Shown here in pieces: positions 40,167 to 53,860 of a DNA stretch of 64,000 bases (position 1 is the stretch's first letter; every line of letters begins with the position of its first letter). A model generated the notes under the pieces. That model ran no database searches, was not told the DNA's origin, and worked only from the letters and a program-made list of their open reading frames with translations. Origin of the DNA: Octopus bimaculoides (taxonomy: Eukaryota); NCBI RefSeq assembly GCF_001194135.2, contig NC_068982.1, forward strand, positions 5,158,604 through 5,222,603, given 5' to 3'. The translations under genes and the position numbers were made by a program.

Positions 40167-40550
40167 AGGTGCAGGCATGACTGTGTGGTAAGAAGTTTGC
40201 TTACCAATCACATGGTTCTGGGATCAGTCCCACTACATGGCACTATGGGCAAGTATCTTCTATTATAGCCTCAGACTGATCAAAGCCCTGTAGGTGGATT
40301 TGGTAGATGGAAACTAAAAGAAGCCTGTTATGTGTGTGTGCATGTGAATGCATGTGTATGTCTATGTGTGTATTTGTATCTGTGTTTGTCCCCCACCGCC
40401 ATTTGACAACCGGTGCTGATGTGTTTATATCCTCATAACATAGCAATTTGGCAAAGAGTCTGATAGAATAAACACTAGACTAAAATTCTTTAAGGTGGTA
40501 CTCCAGCATGGCCAATGTCTTACAACTGAAACAAGTAAATGAATAAAAAG
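40167..40550 (+). mobile_element. tRNA/CORE-type SINE
   Basis: Same family; inverted head fragment at 39890-40075. Confidence 0.8.
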
Positions 40551-41402
40551 GATACCTCCCAGTCCCTACACCCTTACACCATACGCTATGCTATCTTATT
40601 ATATAGACAAGTTGATTGGGAAACTGAAAGATCAATATTTTTGTCAAGTTTATAATGCAGCACCAGGAATGTTAACAAACTGTTGATTCTTTGGTCAGAT
40701 CATTGACACTCTATTGACATTCGCAGCTGTGACCATCAAAACAAATCATTCTTATTAGTTGCTTGGAAATTAGTTGTTTGTAAAATAGTTTTAAGAGAAT
40801 CAGAAAGGAAATGTTATGGTTTACCAAAAAATGTAGTAAAAACACAGGCAAAGCTATAATGTTCCACTAATAGTTAAAAACCGAGTTCAAAGGAATTATA
40901 TATGTATGTTAAAATTGATGTTATACTTTGATATCATACTTCAATATAAACTCATATTGATATATTAAAAGAATGACGGGCAGTTTTATGTAACGTAAGA
41001 TAAATTAATACGAAATAAACAACATTTCAATGAATACCAATTTGGGAATATTGATTAATATCTTCGGTACAAGGGTAGATTCTGTAAAGTAAAAGGAAGA
41101 ACATTTAATTGAATTGGCTTTATTATGTTTCTGATACTTATTTTAAAAAGTCTGGGAGGAATAAATAGACAGAATTGTTCACAGATGATTTGATCCCACA
41201 GATAAAACATTGCAATTGATGTTACTGAGAATCCACTTTGGTACTGTATTAATAGTCAACAAGAAGTTTATGAAGCAACAAATAATTAAAACAACTGTAG
41301 CAGATATAAAATCACAAGATGGCTAAGCCACTGTTGTTTCACGTGATCAGCCAATTAGCTGACCAATCAGCACCAAATTATTACTTTCTAGAACTTTATT
41401 AA

Positions 41403-41862
41403 CCTTTTCATGACCAATCTGCCTGAAACTGGTTCTGGCTCTGAGTACAAATGTCTTGTTTTCATAAGTTTTGAAATAAGATCTTCCACCAAACCTTAGT
41501 CATAATTTATGTTCCTAACACTAGCTGAATTATTTCTTTATTGCCCACAGGGGACTAAACATAGAGGGGACAAACAAGGACAGACAAAGGATTTAAGTCG
41601 ATTACATTGACCCCAGTGCATAACTGGTACTTATTTAATTGACTCCGAAAGGATGAAAGGCAAATTTGCCCTCAGCAGAATTTGAACTCAGAACGTAATG
41701 GCAGATGAAATACCGCTAAGCATTCTGTCCAGTGTGCTAATGAGTCTGCCAGCTCGCTGCCTAGCTGAATGATAACTAAGTTACTTTACTAAATTCTTTG
41801 TTATATTTAAAGTAATTGAAAGAAACACAGAACATCTCAAAATAAATACAGTAATGAAAGGG
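41403..41862. mobile_element. Second piggyBac-type MITE copy, interrupted by a SINE
   Basis: Same internal sequence as 23665-23879 with TTAA flanks; SINE at 41531-41760 has a 10-bp TSD ctagctgaat. Confidence 0.85.
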
Positions 41863-42684
41863 TTAAGCTCTATATAAAAATGTTTGTTATTTTGGTTCCA
41901 GAATTCTGAAGCAGTGCCCTGATGTCTCCATTCTGATGGCAATTTAGAAGATGCAGATTTTGTCTTCTTGAGTATAGTGCAATTATTTTCCCACTGTGAT
42001 GGTCCATCCACAGATTGATGCATGCCAGTTACTTCGTCACAGATTCTGTTGTCAGTTACTGTTGTCGTTGTCATCATTTTAAGGTCCAGTTTTTTTCTAT
42101 GCTTACATAAGTCAGATGGAATCTTTTGAGGCAGAGTTTCTATGCCCTGATACCTCCACCTGAGGCCAACCCTCACCTGTTTCCATCAAAGGTAATATTT
42201 CTCCTTTTCCGAACATGGCTTTATAAAGAACCGAAAATGAACGAAACTGTTTGTATGAGTGACACTAGCTTACAGCTATCACATGATACAAAGGCAAGGA
42301 AACACACACACACTACAGGCTTCTTTCAGTTTCTCTATACCAAATCCACTCACAAAGCTTTGGTCAGCTGGGTATATTGGTAAATGACTCTTTCCCCATG
42401 GTGCCCCACAATGGGACTGAACCCCAAACTGTGTAGTTGGTTAGCCAGCACCAACATTTTCTACACATTAAATTGAAATGATAAAAATTTATATCTTTGC
42501 ACAATATTTCTAAAATATTAGTTTAGAATTAAGGTGGAAGGAAACATTTCTTTGCTAAAGAAACTTTGCATTGTTATCATGTGAAATACTTTCTAGAATT
42601 CTTTCGCAGGAAGAACTAATCTACTGTAAAATATAAAAGGTGTAACTGAACAAGGTGGAGTTTTATACAAAGCAAATAACAGAG

Positions 42685-43177
42685 ATGCTGTTAACTGATT
42701 CTTCAAAGAGAAGCATGAAAGCAGTGTTATTGCATAATAGACCATTTGTATCCAGCAAGCTGATAGAATATTCTGTGCAGATGTCTGAAACAAATGAAAG
42801 CTTGGAACTCTGCTAAAAATATCAAATTATCTTGGGTACAATTCATTGGTCTGTGGTTAATCTTAAAGTAATGGCACTCAGACTTCAAGGTGTTTATACA
42901 AACTAACCATGTTCTCTATGTCTGCAGAGTGGCTGACTCACACATTGGATACCTAGAAATTCTTACAAGGATTTTGGAATGTTATTATGGTTCTAATAGA
43001 TCGAAGAACAGTTGCACTAAATGTTTTTCATTAATTTACGAAGTATGAAAAGATTTATAAAAGGCTTTGATAAAGATGTAGGAACAATGAAATGCCTTTG
43101 TCATGTTTCCATATTAATTATTTTTTAATCAAAAAGAGGCAGTTTTGCTGGACCACAAATTTGGGAACTGATAAAAG
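42685..43177 (+). mobile_element. Decayed DNA-transposase relic, Chapaev-like (CMC superfamily)
   Basis: DSSKRSMKAVLLHN, NLKVM...LQGVYT..PCSLCL and GPQIWELIK resemble the DSSKxSLKAVLLHNGN / GDLK..GQQGGYTKYPCFLC / GPQIR motifs; many stops. Confidence 0.6.
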
Positions 43178-43189
43178 TGTATCTTAGAC

Positions 43190-43510
43190 TCCATTATCTG
43201 ATGTATCAGAAGATGGTAAGTTGTGATTTGAGAGCAATTTGACTGCTATTTCTACCAGGTTGTACGACCACTTTGAAGCTTTTTCATTGGTTCCTCTTGG
43301 TAGATGTAGGTTCAACAAATATAGGTTTTTCTACATGGTAGCAATAGTAACCAAATCTTCCTTGAATTACACAGTGACATCTTGAAAAGAGATGGTTACA
43401 TTGGATAATGTAATCTTAGATATGCAATGCCTGAAAGAAAGACCAGCTAGCTATAACAGAAATGTCTTCGATCTTCAATCTGCTTAGTCAAGGTTGACCT
43501 TAACTAAACA
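43190..43510. repeat. Unclassified interspersed repeat; inverted relative to the copy at 45850-46130
   Basis: gatttgagagcaatttgactgctatttctaccaggttgtacgaccact versus agtggtcatacaacctagtagaaatagcagccaaattgtcctcaaatc. Confidence 0.7.
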
Positions 43511-45413
43511 ACAACTTACTAACTACAACTTCAAAACGATTTTGAAAATAAAAATCTTCGTAAATATAAAGACCATCTTAAGAGTATTTTGGGACATCAC
43601 ACCATCTCTAATCTCTGCTACTTTCTGTTTTAAAATAAAATAAAATAAAATTTTCCATTAAAATTTCATGTCAACTTATGTTCAAAACATCAGTTTAATA
43701 ATGACTTCAAAATTTTCGCACAAGGCCAGCAATTTCAAGGCAGGAGTTAAGTCGATTACGTTGGCCCCAGTGCGCAACTGGTACTTATTTTATTCTTATC
43801 TACTCTAGGCACAAGGCCCGAAATTTTGTGGGGAGAGGGCCAGTCAATTAGATCGACCCCAGTATGCAACTGGTACATAATTTATCAACCCTGAAAGGCA
43901 AAGTCAATTCCAGTGGCATTTGAATTTAGAATGTAATGATGGAAAAAATGCTGCTAAGAATTATTTCCAGCATGTTAATGATTCTGCCAGCTCACTGCCT
44001 GCATCAGTTTAATAATAACAAATTTTGCTACAGTCTTCATTGTTTTCCAAATTAACTGAGAAAAAAAAAAAAAAACTGTATTTCAACAGAAATATGGTAA
44101 CAAAGAGTTCATATGGTGGTTAATTATGTCTGCTGGTTGAAATGAGAAAAGTTGTATGTAATATATACATGAAATTCAAAACGAGAAATATCTCTAAGGA
44201 ATTTCAAAATGTAATTGAGTTTTATTTTTACTTTTCTGCTATAAATATAATTTCGTAGTGAATATTTCTTTTGAACATCTAATCTAACATAATAGAAAAT
44301 TAATGAACAGAAGGGATATTTCAAATTTCAATTTCTATTTTCTATGTCAAGAAGCTCCAAAATTAAGATCAGCAAAGAAAATAAGAAAAATTGGACAATT
44401 TCTATAATAAAAATTGATACCTTAGGATGAATTCAATGAGTTTATTTCTCCTAAGAGAAATATATTTATACTGGAAGAGAATGGGATGTAGTGATGTTCA
44501 TACATTTCCAAAAGACCTTCACAAAGTGTAATCATCATCATCATCTGTTTTCCATGCTGGTATGAGTTGGATGGTTTAACAGGAGCTGGTAAGGCTAGGG
44601 ACAATATGAGACTCCATTGTTTGTTTTGGTATGGCTTCTATAGATGGATGCCCTTCCTAACACCAACCATTTTACAGAGGGTACTGGGTGCTTTTTATGT
44701 GGCACCAGCACTGATAGGGTCACCAAGTAACTTGTAAGACAAAAACCTTCTCAGCTGGGTAGGAGGAGTAATAGTGAAGGGAGTGGTGGTTTTGTGCCAT
44801 GTCTTGCTGTAGAGTAGGTACATGGATAATCCTGTTGGAAAAGAAAGGAGGGTGGGTGGGTTAGAGTAAAAAGGTAAAGGAAGTGGGTGCATCAGTGAGG
44901 AAGATAAAGAGAGCAATAGTGAGAGATGATGATGGCAAAGATGTGTTGGAACATGCCCTCAAGGGACATTGGAGGTGGTGAGAATAAGCAGAGGTGACTA
45001 AGGTAAATGATGAAGTGAGATATTGGAAAGGCTCAGGGACAGGGGTTGTGTGAGGGTGATAGCAGATAAGTGTTATAATGAGGGTGTTAATTTTAAGTGA
45101 ATCAGAAATGAGTTCCAGTATTCTTTGACTCAATATTGCTTTAATCTTTGATCTAGAAACTTACTCTATAAGAAACCAATCAATATTAAAAATACTGACA
45201 TTGTCTTTCCATTGTTGTATTGTCAAGCAAAATAACTGACAGTATTTCATTAGAGACATTTACATTCTAAATTCAAATCCTATTGAAGCTGATTTTACTT
45301 CTCATCTTCCCAGGATTGATAAAATAAGCAACAATCCAGTAATGAAGTCAATAAAATTAAAAGTTCTCTTTTGAATTTCTGGCTTTATATACTGAAATGA
45401 GAAATCATTGTAG

Positions 45414-45753
45414 TAAAGATTATTTGCCAACATAACATGGCAGTCCTGGTTTAGGACGAAGGTTGCTGTAATTTAGCCCCAAGAGAGATCGTCTCCAGCT
45501 GGCTATACAACACGATCTGTGTCTTTATATTTTCGAACAAGGGAAACTAGCACCCCCACTTAGCTCAAAACAATATCTGTGTATCACGACTTCTGGGTTT
45601 GAGCTGAGTGGGGGTGGTAGATTCCCTTGTTTGAAAATATAAGGACACAGATTGTGTCATATAGCCAGCTGGAGACGATGTTTCCTGGGGCTAAATTACA
45701 GCAACGTTCGTCCTAAACCAGGACTGCCATGTTATGTTGGCAAACAATCTTTA
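45414..45753. mobile_element. Fold-back (palindromic) MITE-like element
   Basis: ~155-bp arms (taaagattatttgccaacataacatggcagtcc... / ...ggactgccatgttatgttggcaaacaatcttta) around a ~30-bp spacer. Confidence 0.9.
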
Positions 45754-46905
45754 TTCCAAAGTACTATTGCTGAATATCTCTCTCGTTGTGAGATTTACAA
45801 ATAGTAATTTTCTAAGAAATCTTTGTTTTGAAGTTGTAGTAAGTGAGTTATTGTTTAGCTAAGGTCAGCCTTGTCCGAGTAGACTGAAGATCAAAGGAAT
45901 TGCTGTTATAGCCAACTTGTCTTTCTCTCAAGTATTGTGTATTTAAAATTCTGTTATCCAATGTGATTGTCTCTTATTCAAGATGTCAGTGTGTAATTGA
46001 AGGAAGGTTTGACTACTAATTCTACCATGTAGAAGATCCTACATCCTGCATCTATCAAGAAGAACCAGTGAAAGATCTAAGTGGTCATACAACCTAGTAG
46101 AAATAGCAGCCAAATTGTCCTCAAATCAGTGATAAAAAAAAAATCTCAGAAGAGCTGAACAGCAGGTCTCCAGAGAAGAAACCCCACTCAGGCAAGTGTT
46201 TCAGCCTTTAACTTCTTACACTCATAAGGGGCCAAGCTGCATCCAGGTCATGACTCTAGGCTGCATCCAGTTCATGCCCTTCTGCTGATAATTTTTAATC
46301 ACTTGTATATCGAACACTTGTGCAATTTGGAGATTTCATCAGGTTGTAACTCTTCTCTTTTTACTTGGCTTTCAAACTCATATGTAAAGAAGAAACAGCA
46401 TTGGTTGTCATGGTAGCAATGCAACATCAATGGTATCACAAACACTCACTCAGAGTTACTTCCTTTAGCATTTACATAAAAAAATTTTAAAAATATGTCC
46501 TTCAAATGACATGAAGATCGTCTCTGCTCTTCTCCAACCAAATCCAGCTGGAACACCTCCCTACCGAATGTGACACATTGCTCAGGACCCCAGCCCTGTT
46601 TCTTGCAGAAATGCTTACCATCTTCACAAAGATATGACTCATCAGATAATGGAATCTAAGATACACTATATCAAGCAGTGATGGGATGGCAAACACAGAC
46701 ACAAAGACACACACACATTTACAATAGGCTTCTTTCAGTTTTCATCTACCAAATCCACTCACAAGGCTTTGGTCAGAGAAGATGGTCATGGCTGGAATAC
46801 CCTTGGTCATAGGCGTATGCTAACTTAGACTAGCCAAAAGATAAACACAAGGGAAAGCAACAACTCCCTACCCCAAAAAATCAAAAACCATTGACAATCA
46901 TAGAT

Positions 46906-47310
46906 AGGTGCAGGTGTGGCTGTGCGGTAAGAAGTTTGCTTCCCAACCACATAGTTCTGGGTTCAGTCCCACAGCATGGAACATTGGGCAAGTGTCTTCT
47001 ACTTTAACCTTAGGCTGACCAAAGCCCTGTGAGTGGATTTGGTAGATGAAAACTGAAAGAAGGTTGTTGTAAATGTGTGTGTGTGTGTGTCTTTGTGTCT
47101 GTGTTTGTCCCTCACCACTGCTTGACAACCGGTGTTGGTGTGTTTACATCCCTGTAACTTAGCTGTTTGGCAACAAAAAAAAAAACATAGAATAAGTACC
47201 AGGCTTCAAGAAATGTTTGCTGGGATTGATTTATTCAATGCAAAATTCTTCCAAGCAGTGCCCCAGCATGACCGCAGTCTATTGACTGAAACAAGTAAAA
47301 GACTAAAGAT
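46906..47310 (+). mobile_element. tRNA/CORE-type SINE
   Basis: Same family. Further partial copies lie near 24350, 32455, 38180, 42300, 48955, 51855, 58110, 58910 and 62450. Confidence 0.8.
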
Positions 47311-47631
47311 AAAGAATGGAATATAAAAGAAAAATCATTAACAATCATAATTAACCCATTTTCTCAGTGAAATTTAAATTTCATAGCTTATTTGTTGTCA
47401 ATGGCAACCAAAATACAGTCAAGTGCAAAAGTAGGTATACAATTAAGACAAAAAAAAACATGTATAATAGTCATTTATTTTTATTAAAAAAATTTTAAAT
47501 TAGCCTCATTTCAATGATAATACTTTTATCATAACTTCTAATTATTTTGATAAAAATAAATGAGTATTGTATGTAGCACGGAATTTTGTCAGTGAACAGA
47601 TCACGGTCCTAAAGCGATGAAAATATTTGGA

Positions 47632-48911
47632 CAAATTAAATTTAAATGTTGAAGTGAATCTAACAGTTTTTTGTGTGTTTTTAAATGGCTTATAAACACT
47701 TTCAATGTTGCAATTGTTTTTGTTCCAGCACACAATCTCAGATCAGGTCACTTGCTATGCAAGTACATCTCCATAAAGTATTGTATGTTTTTTTTCCTTT
47801 TTTTTTTCATAACTGTATACTTACTTTTGCACCTCTCTGTATATTAGAAATACTTTTATGTTAGCTAAAAATATTAAGTGACCTGGTACTAGAAAATCAC
47901 CTTGCAAAAACTGACAAAGTGGCCTTTTCCTTATATTCTTGAAAAAACGAAAACAAAATTAGAAATGGAAGTTGTTGTTAACTTTTAAATAACAAATGGT
48001 ATGAATCAGATGTGAGGAGAACGGTGGATTTCTCAGACAGGATGAGAATGGTAGAAATAATGCCACTCAGATTCTTCTTATTTACATTTCCTTCTTCCTA
48101 TTATTTNNNNNNNNNNGGACTGGCTCCTGTGCAGGTGGCACATAAAAAACATCATTTGAGCGTGGCTGTTGCCAGTACCGCCTCACTGGTCCTTGTGCCG
48201 GCGGCATATACAAGCACCCACTGCACTCTCGGAGTGGTTGGCGTTAGGAAGGGCATCCAGCTGTAGAAACTCTGCCAAATCAGATTGGAGCCTGGTGCAG
48301 CCATCTAGTTCCCCAGTCCTCAGTCAAATCGTCCAACCTATGCCAGCATGGAAAGCGGACGTTAAATAATAATGATGATGATGATACACATATATATGCT
48401 GCATGGAATTTTGTCAGTGAACAGGTTGTGGTCTCAAAGCAACAAAAATATTTTGGCAAATTAAATTTAAATGTTGAAGTGAATCTAACAGTTTTTTGTG
48501 TGTTTTTAAATGGCTTATAAACACTTTCAATGTTGCAATTGTTTTTGTTCCAGCACACAATCTCAGATCAGGTCACTTGCTATGCAAGTACATCTCCATA
48601 AAGTATTGTATGTTTTTTTTCCTTTTTTTTTTCATAACTGTATACTTACTTTTGCACCTCTCTGTATATTAGAAATACNNNNNNNNNNNNNNNNNNNNNN
48701 NNNNNNNNNNNNNNNNNNNNNNNNNNNNNNNNNNNNNNNNNNNNNNNNNNNNNNNNNNNNNNNNNNNNAATGGAAGTTGTTGTTAACTTTTAAATAACAA
48801 ATGGTATGAATCAGATGTGAGGAGAACGGTGGATTTCTCAGACAGGATGAGAATGGTAGAAATAATGCCACTCAGATTCTTCTTATTTACATTTCCTTCT
48901 TCCTATTATTT
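47632..48911. repeat. Near-identical ~470-bp direct duplication around small gaps (probable assembly artefact)
   Basis: 47632-48106 matches 48457-48911; the first copy ends at an N gap and the second contains one. Confidence 0.75.
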
Positions 48912-49639
48912 TAACAACAGATTTCTATTTTAGGGCTACATCTTTTTTCTTTTGTTCTTTTACTTCTTTCGGTCATTAGACTACGGCCATGCTGGAGCAC
49001 TACCTTGAAGAATTCCAGTTGAATTTCAGTTTTCCCTTTTCAAACCTGGTCTTTATTCTACTGATCTCTTTTGCCGAACCGCTAAGTTATGGGGATATAA
49101 ACACAAACACAAAGACACACACATATATGTGCATATGTCCTTCTGTTTCCTGCAACCAAATCCAGTCACAAGGCTTTGATCAGCCCAGGGCTATAGAAGA
49201 AGATACTTGCCACACAGTGAGATTGAACCTGGAAGCATGCGATAGGGAGTTAAGCTTCTTACCATGCAGCCATGCCTGTGCCTATAATATCTTCATAGAA
49301 AGACAAAAAGGATAGAAAAGAAAAAAAAAGCACAACCCACAGGCTATGTGGTTAAGAAGTTCACTTTAGAACTATGTGGTTTCAGGTTCAATCCATGTAT
49401 GAAGTACCTTGGGCAAATGTCTTCTACGATAACCCTTATCTGGTCAATGCTTTGCTAATGAATTCAGTTGAATGGATCTGTATTAAAAAAAACCCCACCA
49501 TACACACATATGTATCACCATCATCATCGTCATCATCATCATCAAATTGACCATGCATTCTTTTCTTTACCCACCTATTTTCAGTTTCATTCGTTTTCAA
49601 TTTCTTGTATAGTGCTTTATCTTTGCAATCCCTTGTTGC

Positions 49640-50165
49640 ATAATTCTTCTTGATATACTTTTAGTACTTCTTCCTTTGTTTTTCCCTTTTTACTCTGCTC
49701 TCAATACTCCCTCATTCCTAACCGTCACGAGCAAGGTTTCCTTACTTTGCGCTAAGTATTTCATTAAACTCTTGAGTTCGATACGCACGCAGTCTTCCAC
49801 ACTTATCAGCCCCCTTCTTCTAATTGCTCTCTTCATGTACAGGTGGTCAGTGTCTGCAGGTGGATGATGGGCTTGATGCATCGTTAAGAGCTTTCTTGAC
49901 TTCCTGTCCATCTCCTTTAGCTCCTCCTCTGTCCACTTCAGAATTCCAGTGCCATACCAAACTACTGTGACTGCGTGTGAGTTTATGGCTGAAATTATGC
50001 TTCTGGCATTCAGCTTTGAGGCCAATATTTTTCTCACTCACCACAGGTACTCTCTTCTTGTCTTTTCTTTCATGCCGTGGTGTTTGATTCCATCTGCCCC
50101 AAGTATTCCCAGGTATTTAAAGCTGGATTGGGGTTGAATTACCTTCATCATTTCACCACTTGGCA
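49640..50165 (-). mobile_element. R4/Dong-like non-LTR retrotransposon fragment (RT C-terminal region)
   Basis: FKYLGILGADGIK...RKILASKLNARSIISAINSHAVTVVWYGTGILKWTEEELKEMDRKSRKLLTMH...GLISVEDCVRIE. Confidence 0.8.
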
Positions 50166-50294
50166 ACCATATGCCTTCTGTCCTGTATTCATCATCATCA
50201 TCATGTTGTCATCGTCATTGTTTAACGTCTGCTTTCCATGCTGGCATGGGTTGGATAGTTTGACTGAGGACTGGTGAGCCAGAAGGCTGCACCA

Positions 50295-50522
50295 CAAGGC
50301 GACGAGTTGGCAGAAACGTTAGCACGCTGGGCGAAATGCTTAACGGTATTTCGTCTGCCGCTATGTTCTGAGTTCAAATTCCTCCGAGGTTGACTTTGCC
50401 TTTCATCCTTTCGGGGTTGATTAAATAAGTACCAGTTACGCACTGGGGGTTGATGTAATCGACTTAATCCCATTGTCTGTTCTAGTTTGTCCCCTCTATG
50501 TTTAGTCCCTTGTGGGCAAATA
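50295..50522 (+). mobile_element. tRNA-derived SINE (second family, Nin-like domain) inserted in an RTE-type element
   Basis: 14-bp TSD agaaggctgcacca at 50281-50294 and 50523-50536; contains the taagtaccagt...ctggggg motif. Confidence 0.9.
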
Positions 50523-50802
50523 AGAAGGCTGCACCAGGCTCCAATCCGATCTGGCAAAGTTTCTACAGCTGGATGCCCTTACTAACACCAACCACTCTGA
50601 AAGTGTAATGGGTGCTTTTTATGTGCCACCGGCACGAGGGCCAGTCAGGCGGTACTGGCATTATTATTATTATTATTATTATTATTANNNNNNNNNNNNN
50701 NNNNNNNNNNNNNNNNNNNNNNNNNNNNNNNNNNNNNNNNNNNNNNNNNNNNNNNNNNNNNNNNNNNNNNNNNNNNNNNNNNNNNNNNNNNNNNNNNNNN
50801 NN

Positions 50803-51020
50803 GTCTTATTTTTATAACATGCTTTCACTACACTACCGAGCACTGATCTGTGCGCCTTGGGTATGTACTGTGGTTTGTTGTGATGCTCTTATGGTTACTG
50901 TTTTGAAAGCGTTTTAAGTAGAATGTGTGTGGTGCCTAGTGGTGTTATTTTCTGTATGTTATATATACTTGTTAGTCCTGATGTTTTTGTTATGCATTTG
51001 TCTGAACGTTTTTTTAATCA
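50803..51020 (-). mobile_element. 3' end of an R4/Dong-like LINE embedded in (TAA)n
   Basis: Minus strand encodes QKITPLGTTHILLKTLS (cf. QK..LLGT..ILRK.L C-terminus) plus 3' UTR; flanked by (TTA)n runs. Confidence 0.7.
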
Positions 51021-51059
<39 letters not shown>

Positions 51060-51091
51060 CATCATTATTATTATTACTATTTTATTATTAC

Positions 51092-51154
<63 letters not shown>

Positions 51155-51160
51155 CATTAT
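51020..51160. repeat. (ATT)n microsatellite
   Basis: Long trinucleotide run. Confidence 0.95.
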
Positions 51161-52025
51161 TTTGTAATTTATAAATCACACACTTTTCATATATACAGCT
51201 TTTAAAATTTCACTTTCTTTTCCAAAGATTAATTCCTAGATATGATTTATCAGTTATCTTCTTTCCTTTTCCACCAACGTTATTCCTTAAATCAAAGCAC
51301 ACTCGAAATTAATGGTGTTACGTAGATATTCTTTGTTTTTAACCTATTTCTTCATTATAATAAGGTTTGCAGTGTGGAATGGTTTTATCAACCACAGTTA
51401 TAGTTTTATATTTTTAGATTCCTTTTAATCACACCTTATAAAATTTTCGAGGTATCAATTTACTTTAGTTTGCTAAATTTTCACACACTTATAGAAACCT
51501 CTCCAGCGTTTTGCCTTCTCTTACACAGTTCTCTTGTACCTTCTCTTCTTCGTATCTGTTCTTCGAGTCAGAATCACTGGAAGGTAATGTGATACAGTGT
51601 TTATTTTCAATCCTTTTTACCTCACAACAATGTTTTAACACTTCTGTTGCCTTGTAGCCACGCAATTCTTTACTCGGTTTATATCAGGAATAAGTGTTAT
51701 CGGTACTTCTCTTTTGTTGATTTCTGCTTTAAACAATTTCATTATGGAAGTTAATGGTCATATTCTTGCTTTCCATTCCATCACATGTTGCCAAGACTAA
51801 AGAGAAACACTACTTCCTGCAAGATAAATTCTGGCATTTTCTGTTTTAAATGTTTAGCACAGGTGCAGGTGTGGCTGTGTAGTAAGAAGCTTCCTTCCCA
51901 ACCACATGTTTCCGGGTTCAGTCGCACTATGTGGTACCTTGACCAAGAGTCTTCTGCTACAGCCTCAGGCTGACCAAAGTCTTGAGTGTGGATTTAGTAC
52001 ATGGAATCTGAAAGAAGTTTGTCAT

Positions 52026-52111
<86 letters not shown>

Positions 52112-52888
52112 TCATCATCGTTTAACGTCCGCTTTCCATGCTAGCATGGGTTGGAGGATTTGACTGAGGACTGGTGAACCAGGTGGTTACACCAGGCGCC
52201 AATCTGATTTGGCAGAGTTTCTACAGCTGGATGCCCTTCCTAACGCCAACCACTCCGAGAGTGTAGTGGGTGCTTTTATGTGCCACTGGCAGTACTGGCA
52301 ACAGCCACGCTCAAAATGGTGTCTTGATGTAAATTTTCATGCTGAATAAGAATTTGGGACTTATTTATACTCAGAAAGATTTAGGAAAATGTTACAGAGG
52401 TTCAAAGTTTGATAATATTTAGTCCAATGAGAAAAAAGGAATCAGAAGCTATCATTTTCTGCATGACAGCTTTCTGACCACAAAAGATAGGCAGAAGTAA
52501 CTTAGGCATAAAATGATGTCGCTTGTCAAAACTTGTGGTGGTGGTTGCGGTGGTGAAAGTGTCACAGTTGTGCAGTCTACAGAGTTCTTATTACAATGAA
52601 AACAAAGCAGAGAACATCTTTGCTTGTTACTATGGAAACAAACATCAATATGAGATTTATGATAATGTGTATAATGGTGGCTTTCAATTGGTTAAAATTA
52701 CCCAAAATTTGCAAACTTTAAAAGTTAATTTTTTAAAATTAATTTATGGCAAAAATGAATTTCATTTTCATAATTAGCATACAAAACTAAATCAGCAGAA
52801 CCAAATTTGAAAATATTTGGAACAATATTGAAATAATATGAAATCTGTGACGGCAACTGAAAAGAGCCTGTGTATGTGCATTGATGGT

Positions 52889-53541
52889 TTAATCAGGAGG
52901 AAAGAGTTTTGTCACATTTCCCTCAAAGAAAAACAGGCCATGAAGATGCTTCTTGGAGATGGCGCAGAACACATTCCCTTTTGGTGAGTCCCTCTTATGC
53001 TCAACTGTGGCATGGGGATATTCTTCAGCCCAAATGTGAATATTATGCTTATTGACTTTGCTATTCGTATGAAATGTGGCCTCATCAATGAAAACAAGAG
53101 GTTCCTTGAACTTGGCTTCTTCAAGTTTCTCTTGCATATCAACACAGAATTGTTTGCACTTTCGTTTGCCATCTGCTGTTATGGCCTGAACAAGCTGCCA
53201 CTTGTAGGGTTTCATTAGCAAGCCTTTCCTCAGGACATGCCAAACTGTCGTTGGAAGAATCTGGGTTCCAGACTTGTTCATCTTATGGAGTTCTTGGGGC
53301 TTCACAAGAGTTTTTGGTGAACCCACTCGACCATCACTTCTGGTGTTTGTGGTCGTCCAAATCCTTTTGCCCTGCACAGACAGCCTTATTCTTTGAATTC
53401 TTTGTGCCATGTCCAAATCTACATTTCCATTGGTGACTTTTCAGAGAACTCTCTCACAAAGGCAGGCTGCACAGACTTGTTCGATTGTATTCAAGCATAC
53501 TACAACACACAAAACACTTTTTCTCTTCCATTGAATGCCAT
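52889..53541 (-). mobile_element. Tc1/mariner transposase pseudogene fragment
   Basis: Starts MAFNGREKVFCVL* with stops and frameshifts, then KPYKWQLVQ...FIDEATFHTNSKVNKHNIHIWAEEYPH...DSPKGNVFCAIS; truncated before the later catalytic residues. Confidence 0.85.
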
Positions 53542-53860
53542 TTCTATATCTGATAGGTTTCTCTTAAACCTATCAAACATTAAACATACAATTTTGACCT
53601 GTTTCTTGATACTGCTATCCACTCTCTTTATGTTTATATTCCTGTATGTATGCATGTACATTTATATGCAAATATCATCATCAACATCATTTTACATTCA
53701 CTTTCCATGTGATTACACACATAAATATAATTGTGTTGTGTGTATGTATGTATGTATGTGTGTGTGTGTGTGTGTGTGTTTATATTTATACATATTTATA
53801 TATATATATATTGAAAACTTCTTATGATAGCATGAAATTGTAACATTATCACTAACTTCT

